From positions 248,001-312,000 of the forward strand of contig BQFW01000014.1 in NCBI GenBank assembly GCA_020891255.1: 64,000 nt of DNA, written 5' to 3'. Positions 48,340 to 62,207 of the stretch are shown here, in pieces. The notes under the pieces were generated by a model. The model did no database searches. It saw nothing but the letters and a program-made list of their open reading frames with translations, and was not told the origin of the DNA. Position numbers and translations under genes: made by a program. The first letter of the stretch is position 1, and the number at the start of each line of letters is the position of its first letter. This DNA is from Entomortierella parvispora E1425 (Eukaryota > Fungi > Mortierellomycota).

Positions 48340-48412
48340 GCCCGGCTAGCTCAATCGGTAGAGCGTCAGACTCTTAATCTGAAGGCTGTGGGTTCGACCC
48401 CCACGTTGGGCG
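48340..48412 (+). tRNA. tRNA-Lys (anticodon CTT), intronless
   Basis: GCCCGGC...TTGGGC acceptor stem, D-loop TAGCTCAATCGGTAGAGC, anticodon arm TCAGA-CTCTTAA-TCTGA, T-loop GGTTCGACCC, T-rich terminator immediately downstream. Confidence 0.97.
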
Positions 48413-49116
48413 CTTTCCTTTTGTCTCCCTCGCTGTGAGAGGTTTTTTTTTTTTTCTTTTTCTTCTCCTCTTAGAAACCGAAAGATTGAAGATGTCAGGG
48501 GCCACTCAGCTGATACCATTTTGATGGAGACGACAAGAGCATCACCTTGGAAGGAGAGCATGGTGTGAAGGAAGAGAGGAAGAAGAGAGGACGGACAGCG
48601 GGGTGAATGAAGAACCGCGGACCTTTGGTTTTTGCTGGGGCAGCGGGAACAGCGAGATCCCAGTCGAGTCGCTGACACGTGCTGAGAGCAGGATATTCGT
48701 CGTCATGGAGTCTCCGTAGGAAAAGTTTTGTTGCACCAGTGCGGCGCTGCTGATGTTGCCTGAATCCCTCTTGACTTCATCCCCATCTCTCTTTCTCTTT
48801 CTCTTCATCTCTTGTTCATTCCATTCCTCCCTCCTTCCTTCCATCGTGGGTGTGCATCAAGTCTGTCGCTTGTGCAACACCGCTCGGCCCTGTCATACAT
48901 ACCACGCAGTGCTGCTTGCCCCTGCATACAAGCACAACGTCTTTTTTTTCAAGCGAGTCTGTGCAACCGCACCCTATTTTTATTCCCTTTCTCCTCTCCT
49001 TTCCTTCACCTCCTCTTTTGTTTTCTCGACTCTTCTCCTTTCCTCCACTCGACCTTCCACTGCCCTCTTTCTGTAATACTCGGACCGTCTTTGGGCACAG
49101 CAAACACTGATCAATC

Positions 49117-51279
49117 ATGATCGTAGATCATGTTGTCACCCGCACGGGCATCCGTTCCCTGGCCTGGATTGTCTCTGGAGTGGTCCCTCTCGCAACCTCG
49201 TACCTGGTCTACATGCTCACCTACAAAGAGTCGCCCTTGGACACACTATTGGCCCAGATGGTCCCCCTTCTCGAACTCTTGCAGTCCAACGGCACCTGGT
49301 CCAGCAACAATACCGCTCCTACCACCCCCGGAGCTGCTCTCCTCTCCAACCTTATACCCGACACTATGTCCTCGCCGTCCTCAGCAAGCGGATCCAACAG
49401 TTTACCAGGAGCCGCCACCACGGTCACCTCTCCCTTGATCCTAAGCTCTTTTATTCAACTCGTCCACTTTTTGCAACGTCAAGGATACACTAGCTGCGAA
49501 ACCATTCCTGGATGTGCACTGGTCCGTGCGGCATGGCAGGGGCCTGTCCGCATGTACCTTCAACCGGTAATGGACTTTGTGGCGAGGCATCAGACGTTGG
49601 CTTGGATCATGACAGGATTGCATCTCTGGTTGGCAGCAGAGGTGGTCTTTTACATCATGTTTTGGAAAAAGTTGGCTCGCTTGCAGGAGGTTGACCGAGT
49701 GGTGAAGGGCGTCGGGAGCAAGGCCAAGAGGGCCGAGCTCTTTCAACGTTGTTTGGAGACCGTGGGCGAAGGTGAGGATGTGAAGCGGTGGATCGAGGTC
49801 TGGTTCGATACCGGACGCACGAGTAAGCCAGCTGGATTCGAGGAAATTGGACGGTCTAATATGATTCACTGGTAGGCGGCTTTTGTTTTTCCCCCCTCAT
49901 TTGAACATGCAGCAACGTTGCAACAAGTTGATCCTTGCATGGAAGAAAAGGGCATTTTTTCACTAACCTGGTTGTCTTTTTCTTTCTTATTCTTAGGTTG
50001 GCATGGGCTTTCTGGGCAGCACCAGTGGAAGAGGTTTTCGAATCTCCATCAGCTGTCATGGAGTTGAATCAAATGGTGGACACGATCGAGGAGGCCAAGA
50101 AAGTAAAATTCACAGAGGGATTCAACCCAGACGTGGACTGTATTCGACTTTCCTTGGATCCTGTCATTGCATCCCACCGACCTCTCATCTACTACTCGGT
50201 AAGTCGTCTGCTTCAAGGATATAATGAACATGCGGACCAAAACATGGCACGTTATTAATATCAATTCTTTCCTTTTCCTGAATTTATAGATTGTGTGGGT
50301 CGCTAATGTGCTTGCAGGATTTGTCCTGAACGCATGTGGATTCACGAGATATGACGGCACGATGGATAAGACTCATCTCTTTGAACCACAAGCGAAAAAC
50401 CATTCGAAACATCGACGCTCTGGCTCAACAGCATCGCCACGAAATTCACTGGATGGAAGATCTTCGCCGTCGATGGATCGAGGCACAACGGATCTGGGAT
50501 ATTGGTATCGATCGCCTGCCAAGGTCGATAACCCAATTCCTTTGGTCTTTATCCATGGAATTGGAGTGGGCATTGTCCAGTACATTCACTTGATTGTGGC
50601 ACTGACGTTCATTTCTCGTCCTCTGATCCTGATCGAGGTGCCCTACGTGTCAAACAAGCTCTTGGAAACCGACTGCATGACTCCGGACGAGACTTATTTC
50701 GCCATTGAGCGGATTCTTTGGATCCAGGGGCACACCAAGGCCACGTTCTTTGGTCATTCGTTGGGCACAATGCTCTGTGCAGCCGTTTGTCGAGCCAGTC
50801 CTGCATCCGGTCCTAAATCTATTGTGGCGGGCTTGATCTTGGCTGACCCAATCTGTTTCCTGACGCATCACTCGATCGCCCGTAATTTCGCCTATCGAGT
50901 CCCAGCCACGGCCAGTCAGTTGGTCATGGATCTGTTTGCAGCACGGGAGATTGGTACGTCTTGGTACATCATGCGGCGATTCTGCTGGGACCAATGTGTC
51001 ATGTTCCCGATTGCCTGGTCGAAGCGGTTCCAAAAGCCGTTGAAACTTCAGGGCAAACTGTCTCCTGTGCTGCCAAAGAACACGCGTGTGTTCTTGTCCA
51101 GGAACGATAATCTGTTGGACATGACCAAGGTCGAGGCTTACCTCAAGGACTTGGTTGGCATGGATCCCACCAAAGAAGGCGCGGACGAATTGGTGGTCAT
51201 GGAGGAAATGGACCATGCCCAGTTCTTGCTCCGACCCGAGTGGTTCCGTCGCATCTTGAAGGCTGCTCGGGAGTGTTGA
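49117..51279 (+). CDS. Membrane-anchored alpha/beta-hydrolase fold protein (3 exons)
   Basis: N-terminal hydrophobic segments; PLVFIHGIGVG; nucleophile elbow GHSLG; ILADPICFL; C-terminal MDHAQFL; conserved fungal GFNPDVDCIRLSLDPVIASHRPLIYY block. Confidence 0.85.
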
Positions 51280-51565
51280 AGAAAAGAAAGAAAGGAGAGA
51301 AAAGAGGAAAGAAGGACAAGATACCTTGTTCCTGAGAAAAAAAAAAGCTGTTCGTTTTGATTTTGTTTTGTGTTTGTACCATCATACCCTACCTCACCTA
51401 ATACCTTAGAAGTAGTAGATTGCATGAGGCGCTACATTAATTATTAAAGCCTCCCCACTAGTGAAAATAGAATGGTTCTAACACGTCCTCCTCCATGGTT
51501 CTATGGGTTAAGTTGTTCTTTGTGAAGCACTCTAAAAAAATGACGAAGGGGGGCACCTTTTATTT

Positions 51566-53889
51566 CTATGATTTGGTTGCTTTGGGGGTAGTAAAAGAGG
51601 CGGGTATATCACGGCAGATTTCAATGTAGTCGCGGATCAGCGATAGGCCTTTGGGTCCATACCAAAATACGGTCCAATTGGTGCCAGGAATGCGAATGTT
51701 TCCATCCGCGCGGTCAAAGTACCTGAAAGAAGGGGGAAAAAAAAAGAAAAAAAAAAAAGAAATGAGATTCCCAAGGTCAACAGTGGGACAACACGAAGGG
51801 TGGGGCCATCACACTAGACCATTCTTGTCTAATGACACAACTTTCCCGAGATAGTGCCTTGCTCTCTCTGTCTCTTTTCTTTGGACTCACCATTTGTTGA
51901 CGGGGTTATTAGATCGACTCCGCCAGACCAGATCCGGGAACTCGTCGGTCAGTTTCTTCCACAGGATATCTGCTACACCGATACCCTGGCTCTTGGGCGC
52001 GACCGAGAACTTGTCCAAGTAGGCCACGGTGGCCAAAGGTGCCTTTTCAGAAGAAGACGGATCGCCCTTGGCGTGAGGGATGCCACCGCCTTCTTGCGTG
52101 ACAATGGCCGCGCCCATGTAATCCTGTCCAGCCAAGATCACGGTCCGAGTCCGGTCCTTGATCCGGGCATAGTATCCGTCGCCATCCAAGGGTTTCCCGA
52201 AACTGGATTCCAACAAGACTTGCAAACGCGACAAGTCTAGTCCGGCTAGACTTCCCCTGAACGCAAACATGTCCAATCCATTCCTCAACACGGTCGTTGC
52301 CAGCATCACCTTGGGATCCTGTCCTCGCATGGTGGAGGAGAACAGAGGCTTGTCCGTGATCAGGTTGGTAATCAGGGTCAAGGAAGGTGAAGACGTGATC
52401 AGGGCCGAGCAGGTGGGTGGTAAATGCTCCAGACTCTCCTTGATCATGTCCAGGTCGGATCGATAAGAGGTTGCCACGGCTGAAGTGATGTGATCCATGT
52501 TTTCCAAATCCTCCAGGATGGCGCCGTATTCGTCCTTGAGGTTGACGAAACAATGGGTGGGTCCGTCAATGCCATAAGAGCGCGTCAGAGGAATGCCTCC
52601 CGTGGTGTTGACGACAATGAGTCGCATCGGGACAAGTCCTCGACTGCCCATCCCCTCGCCGTTGTTGATCCCTTCCACAGCCTCTGCTGTACTCTTTCCC
52701 ATGTATTTGGCAAGTGCGACCAAGGCCTTGTTACTCTGGAGAGGAACACGATGGCAGCATGCGGTCGTGGCCATGGGGATCAAGACTGGGATCTGGCGCA
52801 GCTTGAGACACGATTCCACTGGGAGCAATCCAGGTTTGATCCTGATCTCATCGTCGCTCCCGTCCTCCGAGATGGAGGACAATAGCTTTTTCAGTTCCAG
52901 AGGTCCCCGAGCGCCCGTCTTGGACATATGATCGACCACGGCCGCAGGGGCCGTCTCGTCTTCTTCAAAGACACCCTCGTAGATGGGACGAGCACGACCG
53001 CCAAACTTTTCAATCTCCTCGACCATCTCGGCCATGTCCTTCATCATCCGCTGTCGCGTCTCTGCCAACTGACGTTCCATCTCGGATTCGACAGGGCCCA
53101 GCAGAGCAGGGCTCTGGTTCTGCCACCAGCCCTGGTTATCCAACATGACAATGCTCATAAGACCCAGTTTCTGTAACTGGACGAGGGTGGTGGCGATGGA
53201 GGCCAGGTTCTTTGCGTCAAAGGGACCTTCCAGTTTGATGAGCGCGAGATGATCGGTGGGCCAAAGCAACGTATCGACAAACTGGGATGCGCCTGTGGAG
53301 CGCTGTGTTTCAGAGCCCTTTGATTTAGACGAGGAAGGGGACGAAGAAGAGGATGAAGAATCGACTGCACGTGCCGGATCGGGGGTCGAGAAACGAGACA
53401 GGAACTGTCGAGCTTCCCTAGGAGACGGCAGCGTGCCCATGACTTTGAGGATTAGATCCTAACGATTTATACCCACAAGGCGAACGCCATGGTTCAAAAG
53501 AGTGGAGGGGGTGGGTGAGTCACCGTGACGGGGACGGAAGCGGAAGGAAGCGAAAGAAAAAAGACAGAGAAGAGGAATCGTCAAGGTGATTGTCGATTGA
53601 AAGTTTTTTTTTTTTTTCTTTCAAAGAAGAAGCATGCAAGTTCAAGGAATGAAGACAGTGAGGAAGCAAGGCGGTAGCGCATGGAAGGGAAGAGAGGGAC
53701 GAGGGAGAAGGGAATTACCCGGTCCTGTTCCTTGGCGCGCTTGTGCTCATGGACCACGGCCTGGATCTTTTGAGACCTGAGAGAGTAGCAGCGACGAGCG
53801 GGGCTGGTGGCGGTGGTGGCGGTGGCGAAAGGTTCGGAGACGGGACAGGCGCTCTTGTGCGCGTGGCGGGGAAGCAGGGACCGCCACAT
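51566..53889 (-). CDS. ARG2: Mitochondrial amino-acid acetyltransferase (N-acetylglutamate synthase)
   Basis: Presequence-like MWRSLLPRHAHK; DLILKVMGTLPSPREARQFLSRF; LITNLITDKPLFSST; YLDKFSVAPKSQGIGVADILW...LVWRSRSNNPVNKW/YFDRADG...WTVFWYG. Confidence 0.92.
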
Positions 53890-54102
53890 TCTGTCGTTTA
53901 AGGTCCAGAAGGTGAAGGGAGTTGGGGAATTAAGAGAAGGGAGAGTGGAGAGGGTGAAGGGAATAAAGAGGAAGGAATGAAGAGAAGGAAGTGAGATGCA
54001 GTGTGTGTGTGAGAGTGAGTGAGAGTGAGATTTAGGTGTGAGGCGAAGATAGAAAAGAGAGAGAGATCGACACGTGACTTGTACGCCCTCGTTCTTCTTG
54101 CA

Positions 54103-54165
54103 ACACACACTGAACACTGAACACACACTGAACACTGAACACACACTGAACACTGAACACACACA
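54103..54165. repeat. Minisatellite, 18-nt unit (acacactgaacactgaac) x ~3, in the ARG2/RUD3 divergent promoter
   Basis: Directly visible tandem repeat. Confidence 0.8.
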
Positions 54166-54512
54166 AAGGTGTTCTGTTTGGTCCATCTCTCTGTCTGTCT
54201 GTCTGCATCAACGCGCATGCATCATCAGTGCATCACCTTCTTCTTCTCTCCCTTCCTTTCTTCCTCTCCTTCTCTCTCTCTCTGTTCATCATCCTCATCA
54301 TCACCATAGACACGCGCACTGGATTGACTTGAGCTGAGCCCAGCGCCCCTTCATTTCTCTCTCCATCTATCCCCATCCTTTCTTTCCTTTCCCTTCCCTC
54401 CCTTCCTTCTTGAGCCTGGTGTTGCATCCCTGTCAAAGGCCAACACGCCTTCCTTTCCTTCCTTCAACTCGTTCGACTGTAGCAACAGACCCACAGTCCT
54501 CTTTCGTACTCA

Positions 54513-57500
54513 ATGTCCTGGCTCTCCAAGAATGTGGGCAGTCTGGGCAACCTCGCCAGCAGGATTGCCGCCGGTAACGAAATCATGTTTCCATTCAGAC
54601 CAGTTTATTTTCATGTTCCCCCCTCCCCCTCATCCCTCCACACACCGTTTGACACGTTTTTCGTGTTTCTCACGGATTTATTTCTTTTTATTTCATTCTT
54701 TCTTTGGTTCTATTCTATTCATGCTCAACAAACATTGCCTTTTGCCAACCCGGTTTTTTTCTTGACACAGAGACAAATGGTGACCCTCAACAGAGCACCA
54801 ACGAGACTATCCAGCAGCTGAACCAGCAGGTACATATCAATAGCCATGACATTCCATGCTTTCCACCATGTATCGACCGTTCTTTCCATCTAATCTCCTT
54901 CCCTTCCCCTTCTTCCCCTGTCTTGTAGCTCCAAGATACCCGCGAAGAACTGCTTGAGAAGCATCAGGAATGGGAACGCGCTAAAAACAATTATGAGGCT
55001 CGGTTAAAGACTCTCACGGACGAAAACGCGACGGCCCAAAAGGTGGAGCAACTCGAGCATAATCTGCACAAGGCCGCAGAGTTACTCCGGGGTCTCAACC
55101 GCGAAAAACAAGCCCTGAACGCCAAAGTCAACGCCCTCGAGGTGGAGAAGGGACAGGCCGAGGAGGCCCTGGCGAGCGCGACCCAGGGTCAGAGTCAGGC
55201 CAGTCAACATTTGCAGGAGCAGCTTCAATCCTTGGCCCGAGCCCGTGAAGAGGACGAGGAGCAGATTCAGAACCTGGAGCGCGCACGGAAGGAGGAACAT
55301 GCCATCATCCATAAACTGGAACTTGCTCTCAAGGAGGATCAGGACCAGATCAAAGCATTGGAAGAGTCCAGAAAGCAGGAGCAGGAGAAGCATGAACTCC
55401 TCCTTCAGGAACTGCGGACACAGCTGTCAAAGGCTCGGTCGAGTTCGAAGGATCTGGAAGCGCAACTGAGTGAGAAGGCGAATGGTGACAGTGAGGGCGA
55501 AAAGCAAGAGCTCTTGGCTAGAATCCAGGTTCTGGAGACTGAGAAGAATGAGGCTCTAGAGAACGCAAAGAACCAATCAAAGGACGAGGGTATCAAGGAT
55601 CAGATTCGTGCTTTGGAAAAGGCTCGCAAGGATGAACAGGAGCAACATGCGCTCCTCGTCAAGAAGCTCAAATCCCAGTTGACCGAGGCTTCCACAAAAA
55701 CCAAGGATCTGACGACAAAGCTGGAGCAACAGGCAGCTGAGAAGCAGGAAGTAGGCAACAAACACCAAACACTGCTAGAAAAGATAAAGACTTTGGAGAC
55801 AGAGAAGAAGGACCTTGTCGAATCGTCCAAGCAGGAAGAAGGTGAAAAGCACCAGAGTCTGTTGGAAAAGATCAGGGCTTTAGAGACGGAAAAGAAGGAC
55901 TTCGTCGAATCGTCTAAACAGGCATTGGAGCAGGCCCGCAAGGAATCCCAGAGTCAGAGCACAGTACAGATTCAAAAACTGGAGTCTCAATTGGCCCAGG
56001 CTCTATCTCGATCTTTGGAATTGGAAAACAAGCTGGAGGCTCTGGAGGAAGCCAAGGATTCGGACGCGACTACCTCCAAGGACCAGGAGGACCTCCAGGC
56101 CAAACTCAATGCCTTGCAGCTTGCGTCTGAAGAGACCCAGCGGGAACTCTCTGAGCGGCTCGAAGCCGAGACCCGAGCCATGCAGGCTACACAGGACGGC
56201 CTGACCAAAGAGTTGACGATGTTGAAGCAAAAGTTTGAAGAAGAGCGCGCCACGGTTGAGAAGGAGCGAAAGGAGCGGGAGACTGTGGTCCAGGACTTGG
56301 AGAGGGCTGTTGCAACGGGAGAGCAAATTTTGAGTACTGTCAAGGAAGATCTCCGAAAGACCACGGACGAGCGTAACCATTTCCAGCAGCAGCACAAGAC
56401 TATTCTGGATCGTGTTTCCAACATGAAGTCTACTATTGGATCAAAGCTCCAAGCCGACTTGGTAAGAGCTGGGGACTTTGACTAATACGAGACAATGCAA
56501 AGCGTTGTTCACAAACATTGAAGTTAGTATGGCTGAGACTAACCTTTTTTTTTTCTTTTCTGTGAAATATTGTAGGACAACATCAATACACTCCGTCAGC
56601 AGATCGAGCAGTTGACGGCTCAGAACAACGAGTACAGGAATACGATGAAGCAGCTGGAGGAGGAACTTATTGCTTCGCACGAGCATTACGAAAAGACCTC
56701 TCGGGAGTTGGAGCATCTTCGACGACGATTCGTGGATGTTCAGGAGGATGCCTTTGCAGAGACTGCCGAGAAGGAGAGTTTAATCCAGGAACTGCAATCT
56801 CGATTGCAGCGTGAGGAACGTGAACGCGAAGATTGGGAGACGATGGCCTCGGAGCAAAGGGCGAGCAAGGATCAGGCCGTGATGAACATGCGGTCGATGG
56901 AGCGGGAGCGCGATGCTGCTCGGGCTGAGAAGGATTCATTGCGCCATGAACTGGACCGTGAGATTGAGAACCTGAACAATTTGCAGCAGGTCCTTGAGGA
57001 GTTTCAGTCTGCCAAGGAGTCAGAGATTCAGTTTGCAGTCGAGGGCTTGCAGCGCCAGCTCAATACTACAAGTGCATCTTTGCAAGAATTCCAGGGACGT
57101 GCTCAAGCCGCAGAGGTAATGTTTCTTTCCTCGTCATTATTGTCATTTTTGTTGAAAGATGCAATGCTATGTCGATGTCGGGACTAATATGTATATTTTA
57201 TGATACTTAGGAGCAATTACGCCATTTGACCGTGGATGTGGAGAGGGCACGTCAACTTGAAAGAGAGGTGAAGGATAAGAACCAGACGATAGGAAAGCTT
57301 CGTCATGATGCCGTAATTCAACAGGGGCATTTGACCGAGGCCATGCGACGATTGAGGGAAGAGAATAGTCAAAACAGTGTCGACATGTAAGAAATACCGC
57401 CGTTTTGTTTTTGAAACGCCCTGGTCTCATTTTTTTTCTTTTTCTTTTTCTCGTTCCCGGATCATTGTTAATTGACATTCAACTTCTGCTTTTTTTCCTC

Positions 57501-57764
57501 CTCATTAGTCCGCTCATCTCAAACTTGTTTATCAGCTTCCTGAACATACCCCGAGGCGACCAGAAGCGATTCGAGATTTTGCAGTTGATTTCAGGAGTGC
57601 TTAAATTCACAGATGAACAGCGTGAGCAGGCAGGATTGATTCGGAAGGGCAGCAGTGCCCTGGGAGCCATGACGCCGACCACCTCTGGATCTCGGTCACC
57701 TTCCATGGAGCAGATGCGACACCAACAGGAGCCAAGAGAGGTAAATGGCCGCGAGGAATCTTTT

Positions 57765-57798
<34 letters not shown>

Positions 57799-57969
57799 TT
57801 CAGTGACTGACTGACATTGTTCCTTCCCCGTCTTTCTTTCAAACAGAGTTTCTTTGATATGTGGGCATCATTCTTGATCCGGGAGAGCAATGCCAACAAC
57901 AACAATAATGGAAGCAACGGCAACAACAACGGCGGTAGCAATGGTGCCAATCCGAAGAGTCCGTCGTAA
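54513..57969 (+). CDS. RUD3: Golgin-type coiled-coil protein with C-terminal GRAB domain (Rud3/GMAP-210-like)
   Basis: Long heptad coiled coil, then LISNLFISFLNIPRGDQKRFEILQLISGVLKFTDEQREQAGL (GRAB) and a short terminal FFDMWASFLIRES (GA1-like) motif. Confidence 0.82.
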
Positions 57970-58246
57970 AAAGTAGAAAAAATGTAAAAAAATAAAATAT
58001 CTGTCACTCAGCAACCACGCTCTGCAATTCTGTTGTTGTTCTTGCTGTTACTTTCTTCAACTCGTTTTCGCATCTGAGGCCGCTGCCATGTCCTCTCGTC
58101 TCGATACCATCCTGTCTCTATGACAATGAATTCTCAGTGAAGAATAACATATTACATCGATTTTTTATATTTGTAATCTTTCCACACTTCCTCACTTCCT
58201 CACGTCTGAATACAAACTCGACTCTCCATTGACGGCCGTGGACTGA

Positions 58247-58732
58247 CTATGAGTAACCAAGTCTGATGAGCGTGACTTCGCCATCGATTTCGCCGTTAGA
58301 CAGCAATTCTGGTGAGATGGCGGTGACTCTTTGTTCCTCCATGGTCTGGCCAGCGAGGGAGGTGCGCAGGATGCCCGTGAGCATACGCCATTTTGTGGTC
58401 ATGGCGACGTATCCAGTGACACCGTCGTCAATAAGGAAGCCGTAGGCGATCTCCTCCGTGCCTCCAGCCTCTACCCACTCCAAAGGAGCGCTGGATCGGA
58501 CAACGTCCTTGAGATGAGGTGCCAGGTCAATGCTCCATGTCGTGTTGCGATAGCTGGGGTTGGGCTGGATATAGGTCGGCCCAGTGACGATGTCTGACGA
58601 TCTTTCCCACCCACTGGTGGCAAGGGTGCTGCTGATCACATCGAATGTGTATCTGTATCCGGGGAAGTGTGTCTGAGAACTGCATGCTGTCGTTGCAAGT
58701 GCAAGCACAACGCCGAGTGTGTTGAGCTTCAT
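58247..58732 (-). CDS. Small predicted secreted protein of unknown function (161 aa)
   Basis: ORF from MKLNTLGVVLALATTACSS (signal-peptide-like) with normal amino-acid complexity, preceded by a pyrimidine-rich leader. No family recognised. Confidence 0.55.
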   Translation of the reverse strand: MKLNTLGVVLALATTACSSQTHFPGYRYTFDVISSTLATSGWERSSDIVTGPTYIQPNPSYRNTTWSIDLAPHLKDVVRSSAPLEWVEAGGTEEIAYGFLIDDGVTGYVAMTTKWRMLTGILRTSLAGQTMEEQRVTAISPELLSNGEIDGEVTLIRLGYS

Positions 58733-59649
58733 TCGGACAGGTTGATAGTCGAGGTTTTGTGCAAATGCAGAGAGGCGTGAGGCAGGAAAGGAAGAAGGAA
58801 GGAAAGAGAAAGAAAGAGAAAAGATGAGGTGCAGTCTTGTGATTGAAAAAAAAAAAAAAAAAAAAAAAAAAAGGGAACGACGAGAGTGCCGCTTGTCGAC
58901 TTTGAAGTACAGATGTACACAATTACCAACCGCAGCTTTCGAGGTCGACACAGTGCTCACCGGTGCATGTACGCCAGCTCAAGCAGAAGGAAAGGAACGT
59001 TGGCCAAAAGTGGCGGAACCACGGTACTGTACGTACAGTACAGACAAGAGCATGGACCATATCTTGACCCCGCCCTCTTCTTTGCGAGATGATAAATTGC
59101 GGATCGACCCATTGTTCCTCTATCCCGGTAAAGGTTACCATCCACAGGTCCCATAAAGTCAGAGAGTGAGCATGGCCTTATTTGCAGTGTCACCAATAAT
59201 TACGAGAGCTCCCCGCAAAGTAAACCATTCCAGATCTGAAGGGCAGTTCAAGAGCAGCACGTCTTTTAAAACAACATCTGGTTCTTCCAGCGACACCGGA
59301 TCGCAGTCGAGATTCAAGTCCTCTCCTGTTCTATAGAAATAAAAAGAAGAGGTCCCTGCAACAAGAGTCTGGTCCTTGGACTCCCAGAGGCTGCCCGAGC
59401 CAGACTGATTCGTGTTCAGGCTGCTGGTCTTGTTGGACGAGCCGTAGTGTGCGCGCTACAGATTTTTATAGATGTACCTCTGGGTCGCTCGACAATAATG
59501 TGTTGTTGTTCTTGGGTTATAAAAGCGTCCAAACTCTCAATCGTGACAGTGTGCTGGAGAAGAGCTTTGAAATTGCAGTGGATCGTGGTTGGGAGGCGCG
59601 GGTGTTGACCAGTATTGAGGAAGAATGGTGAGCGTCCCGTGGAGAGCGT

Positions 59650-60075
59650 TGATTGGGGGGTGCAAACGCGTGGATCACGTGCAAAGAGAAAAGACAAAAA
59701 CGAACGCGCTCCTTCCATTCATTCATTTCTTCTTCACCTTTGCACTCATTCCGTCCTGTCCCCCTTACCTCACCTTTGATTGCCACACTACCTCCTCAGA
59801 CACCGCTGGCTGCAGCTCTCACAACCCGCACATGGAAGCAAAAAGACTTGGGTTCTCATGTTGTTTCATTCTTGCATGTCGCGTTTGCTCTGTTTGCTCT
59901 GTTATTTTGTTGTTGTTATTGCCCAAGTCTTTTGCACCCCTCTTGTCAGTCACTGCACCCTCTTACCCCCCTTCCCCAGTGCGCCTTGACGTGGGCCCAG
60001 GGGTTATCCTCTCTGACTTGGGCCGTCTGCATGTCAGGGACCAAAGCTTTAGCCGGGAGGCTAGAGGGGTATATA
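59650..60075 (+). repeat. Dispersed direct repeat, copy 1 (~430 bp)
   Basis: High identity by eye to 63570-64000, e.g. gatcacgtgcaaagagaaaagacaaaa...gcccaagtcttttgcacccctcttgtcagtcactgca. Confidence 0.92.
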
Positions 60076-61406
60076 CTCGAAGGCAATCTTGGAGCACTGT
60101 TGGGTGTACACCGCTGCTGGAGGGTTGACCAGGTATAGTATAAGGTAAGTGGGGCGCGATGGTCTGTCGCCTGCTCGTTGGCGCGCCCTGCACAGCTTGA
60201 CCTTCCTTTGTTGGGAGCAAGCTGACTGAGAGCGGACCAGTAGATAGTGCGTGTCAATAAATGATATGATGTCCAACAATACAATGACTTGACAAAATGA
60301 ACGCAACTTTTTTTGGGAAAACGGACAACGGCGCAAGGATTGAGAAGAAGGCCACGATTTTATATGAGGGTTACAACAGTTGCTGCTTTGCTCAAGGATC
60401 CTGATCATCTTTGTTCACTATTTTCTATAGGTGCGCAATGAATGGCAGAGCCCTCAATAAATTGGACATCCTCGCGAGTGTCCTTGCCCGAGACACAGGC
60501 AGTATCAGGTCTTGTATGTTGACCTCGCCTCCTGGACGTGGTCCAGGCGTCGCTTGGTTTTTGCAGGGGTTTGCCCCGTTTCTTTCTTTTTCTCGCTCTG
60601 CCCTTGAAACTCGTCCTCCGACACGCTCTGGATGCAAAGCGTATAGTGCTCTGTCTTTGGGTTAGACTCTCGGCCCTCGTGGAGAAGGCGCTTGGATAAA
60701 CACACGCCTTATGTCCTTTTGTGGCTCTCAGACGACAAACGGGCATTTCGGTCCATCAGACAAGTTTGAAATACCACTTGACCACCAGCTGGGTTTTTTG
60801 GCCTCAATTCAACGCGGTCTACAACCGTCACACGGAGCTTCATTGTTTGCTACGTGCAAGTCTCCACAGGTGCCAACGAACTGTCGATACTGGGAATGAG
60901 CTACATCAGACGTTGCAGGGACATCAAGAAGACTCTGCCGACTCACGACTTGTCTCAAAGTTGCCCATCGCCGTCGAGTTTTGTTCAGAGTGAAGTCTCG
61001 ATCATGTTTTCGGATTGCAAGAGCAGAAGCTGGTCTTTGAGGAACTACCGGAACGTCACAAGCCATTGTCAAACAATCATGTTGGTCAATGAGGAAGAGG
61101 ATCTGGAGTCTTTAAGATGGTTTTGTTCACAGATCAACCGATACATATATTTTCCAAAAAAAAAAAAAAGAAAAAAAAAAAATGGACCAAACATGACAGA
61201 CCAAATGATGGCAGAACGAATAGGGTAGAGCAAAGTATACAGAAACAAAGAACATATAGAAGAAACAAGATGAAGTAAAGAAGTGAGGGGGAACAACGAA
61301 TGAAGCAGAGAAAGGAGAGGTATGGTACAGAAGATCAAGGAAAGCTACAAATACAAAGAAAACTACAGATACAAATAGGAATACAGATAAAATACAACGG
61401 CGGCCA

Positions 61407-62207
61407 TTAGTGCTCGTAAAAATCCCGTCCGACTCCTCGAGGATGTGCATCCATCCATTCCTCAGCGGCTGCGGCTCGTCGACGCCATAGTCGATCAGCA
61501 TGCGGAGGGAAATCGGTGATGCCAACAACGACGCTCAACGCCGGGAAGTTGTTGTGCATCCATTCCAACTCCAGGCAACCGATCTCGTGCGCGATCCATC
61601 GAACGTCCAGAGTGTGGATAGCCCTCATGCCATGCAGAGAACCAAGACCAGACTCCATGGAGAACAACAGACAGTTTGACTGATATCCTCCGCGTTCTTC
61701 TTCGCCGCCAACGAATCTCGGCGCCATCGTCCCCAACTTGAGGTGACGGAGGTTGACTAACTGTGCCAACTGCTCGTACGAAATGGCGTGCTCCATCCAG
61801 CACTCGACTGAAAGCGGCAGCGATTGACCAGCAGTAACCGTACTCGACCTATCTACTCGAGTAGGATACTGTCGTTCCACGATTATCTCCAGGCGCGTGA
61901 GGGTCCTAGCACAGCCCCATCGCAAGGCTGAACGATCGACACCGTCGAAGACCATTGCAGCCGTATCTGTGCTGTCGTGGAAGTTCCTAGCCAAGAGACT
62001 CACGTGGTTATTCTCGACGATCCCCGAGGGCAAGGCGCACAACTCTTCCAAGGCCGTTGCCCTCTCGAGAAACAATTGTAGCTCAGAGCTGAATGGGCCA
62101 AGAACACCGCCAAGAGTGAGCGACTTAAAAGATGCCGCACTCTTGACCACAGGAGCCAAAGACCTGATGATCAATGACGACGAAGATGACGAAGACGAAG
62201 AAGACAT
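61407..62207 (-). pseudogene. C-terminal LRR-like part of a Mortierella-type F-box protein, apparently truncated or detached
   Basis: WGCARTLTRLEI...YEQLAQLVNLRHLKLG...YQSNCLLFSMESGLGSLHGMRAIHTLDVRWIAHEIGCLELEWMHNNFPAL resembles the C-terminus of expanded Mortierellaceae F-box/LRR proteins. No in-frame F-box is present. Confidence 0.6.

Noticed and set aside
46900-48900. Several 70-110 aa ORFs around the tRNA
   Set aside because: They are low-complexity translations of purine/pyrimidine tracts. The region is more likely long leaders and promoters of the Rim4-like and hydrolase genes.
59990-60070. Two TGG-to-TAG differences between the repeat copies as a possible RIP signature
   Set aside because: Other differences between the copies include transversions and indels with no consistent CpA/TpG bias. 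Two events are insufficient, and RIP is not established in this lineage.
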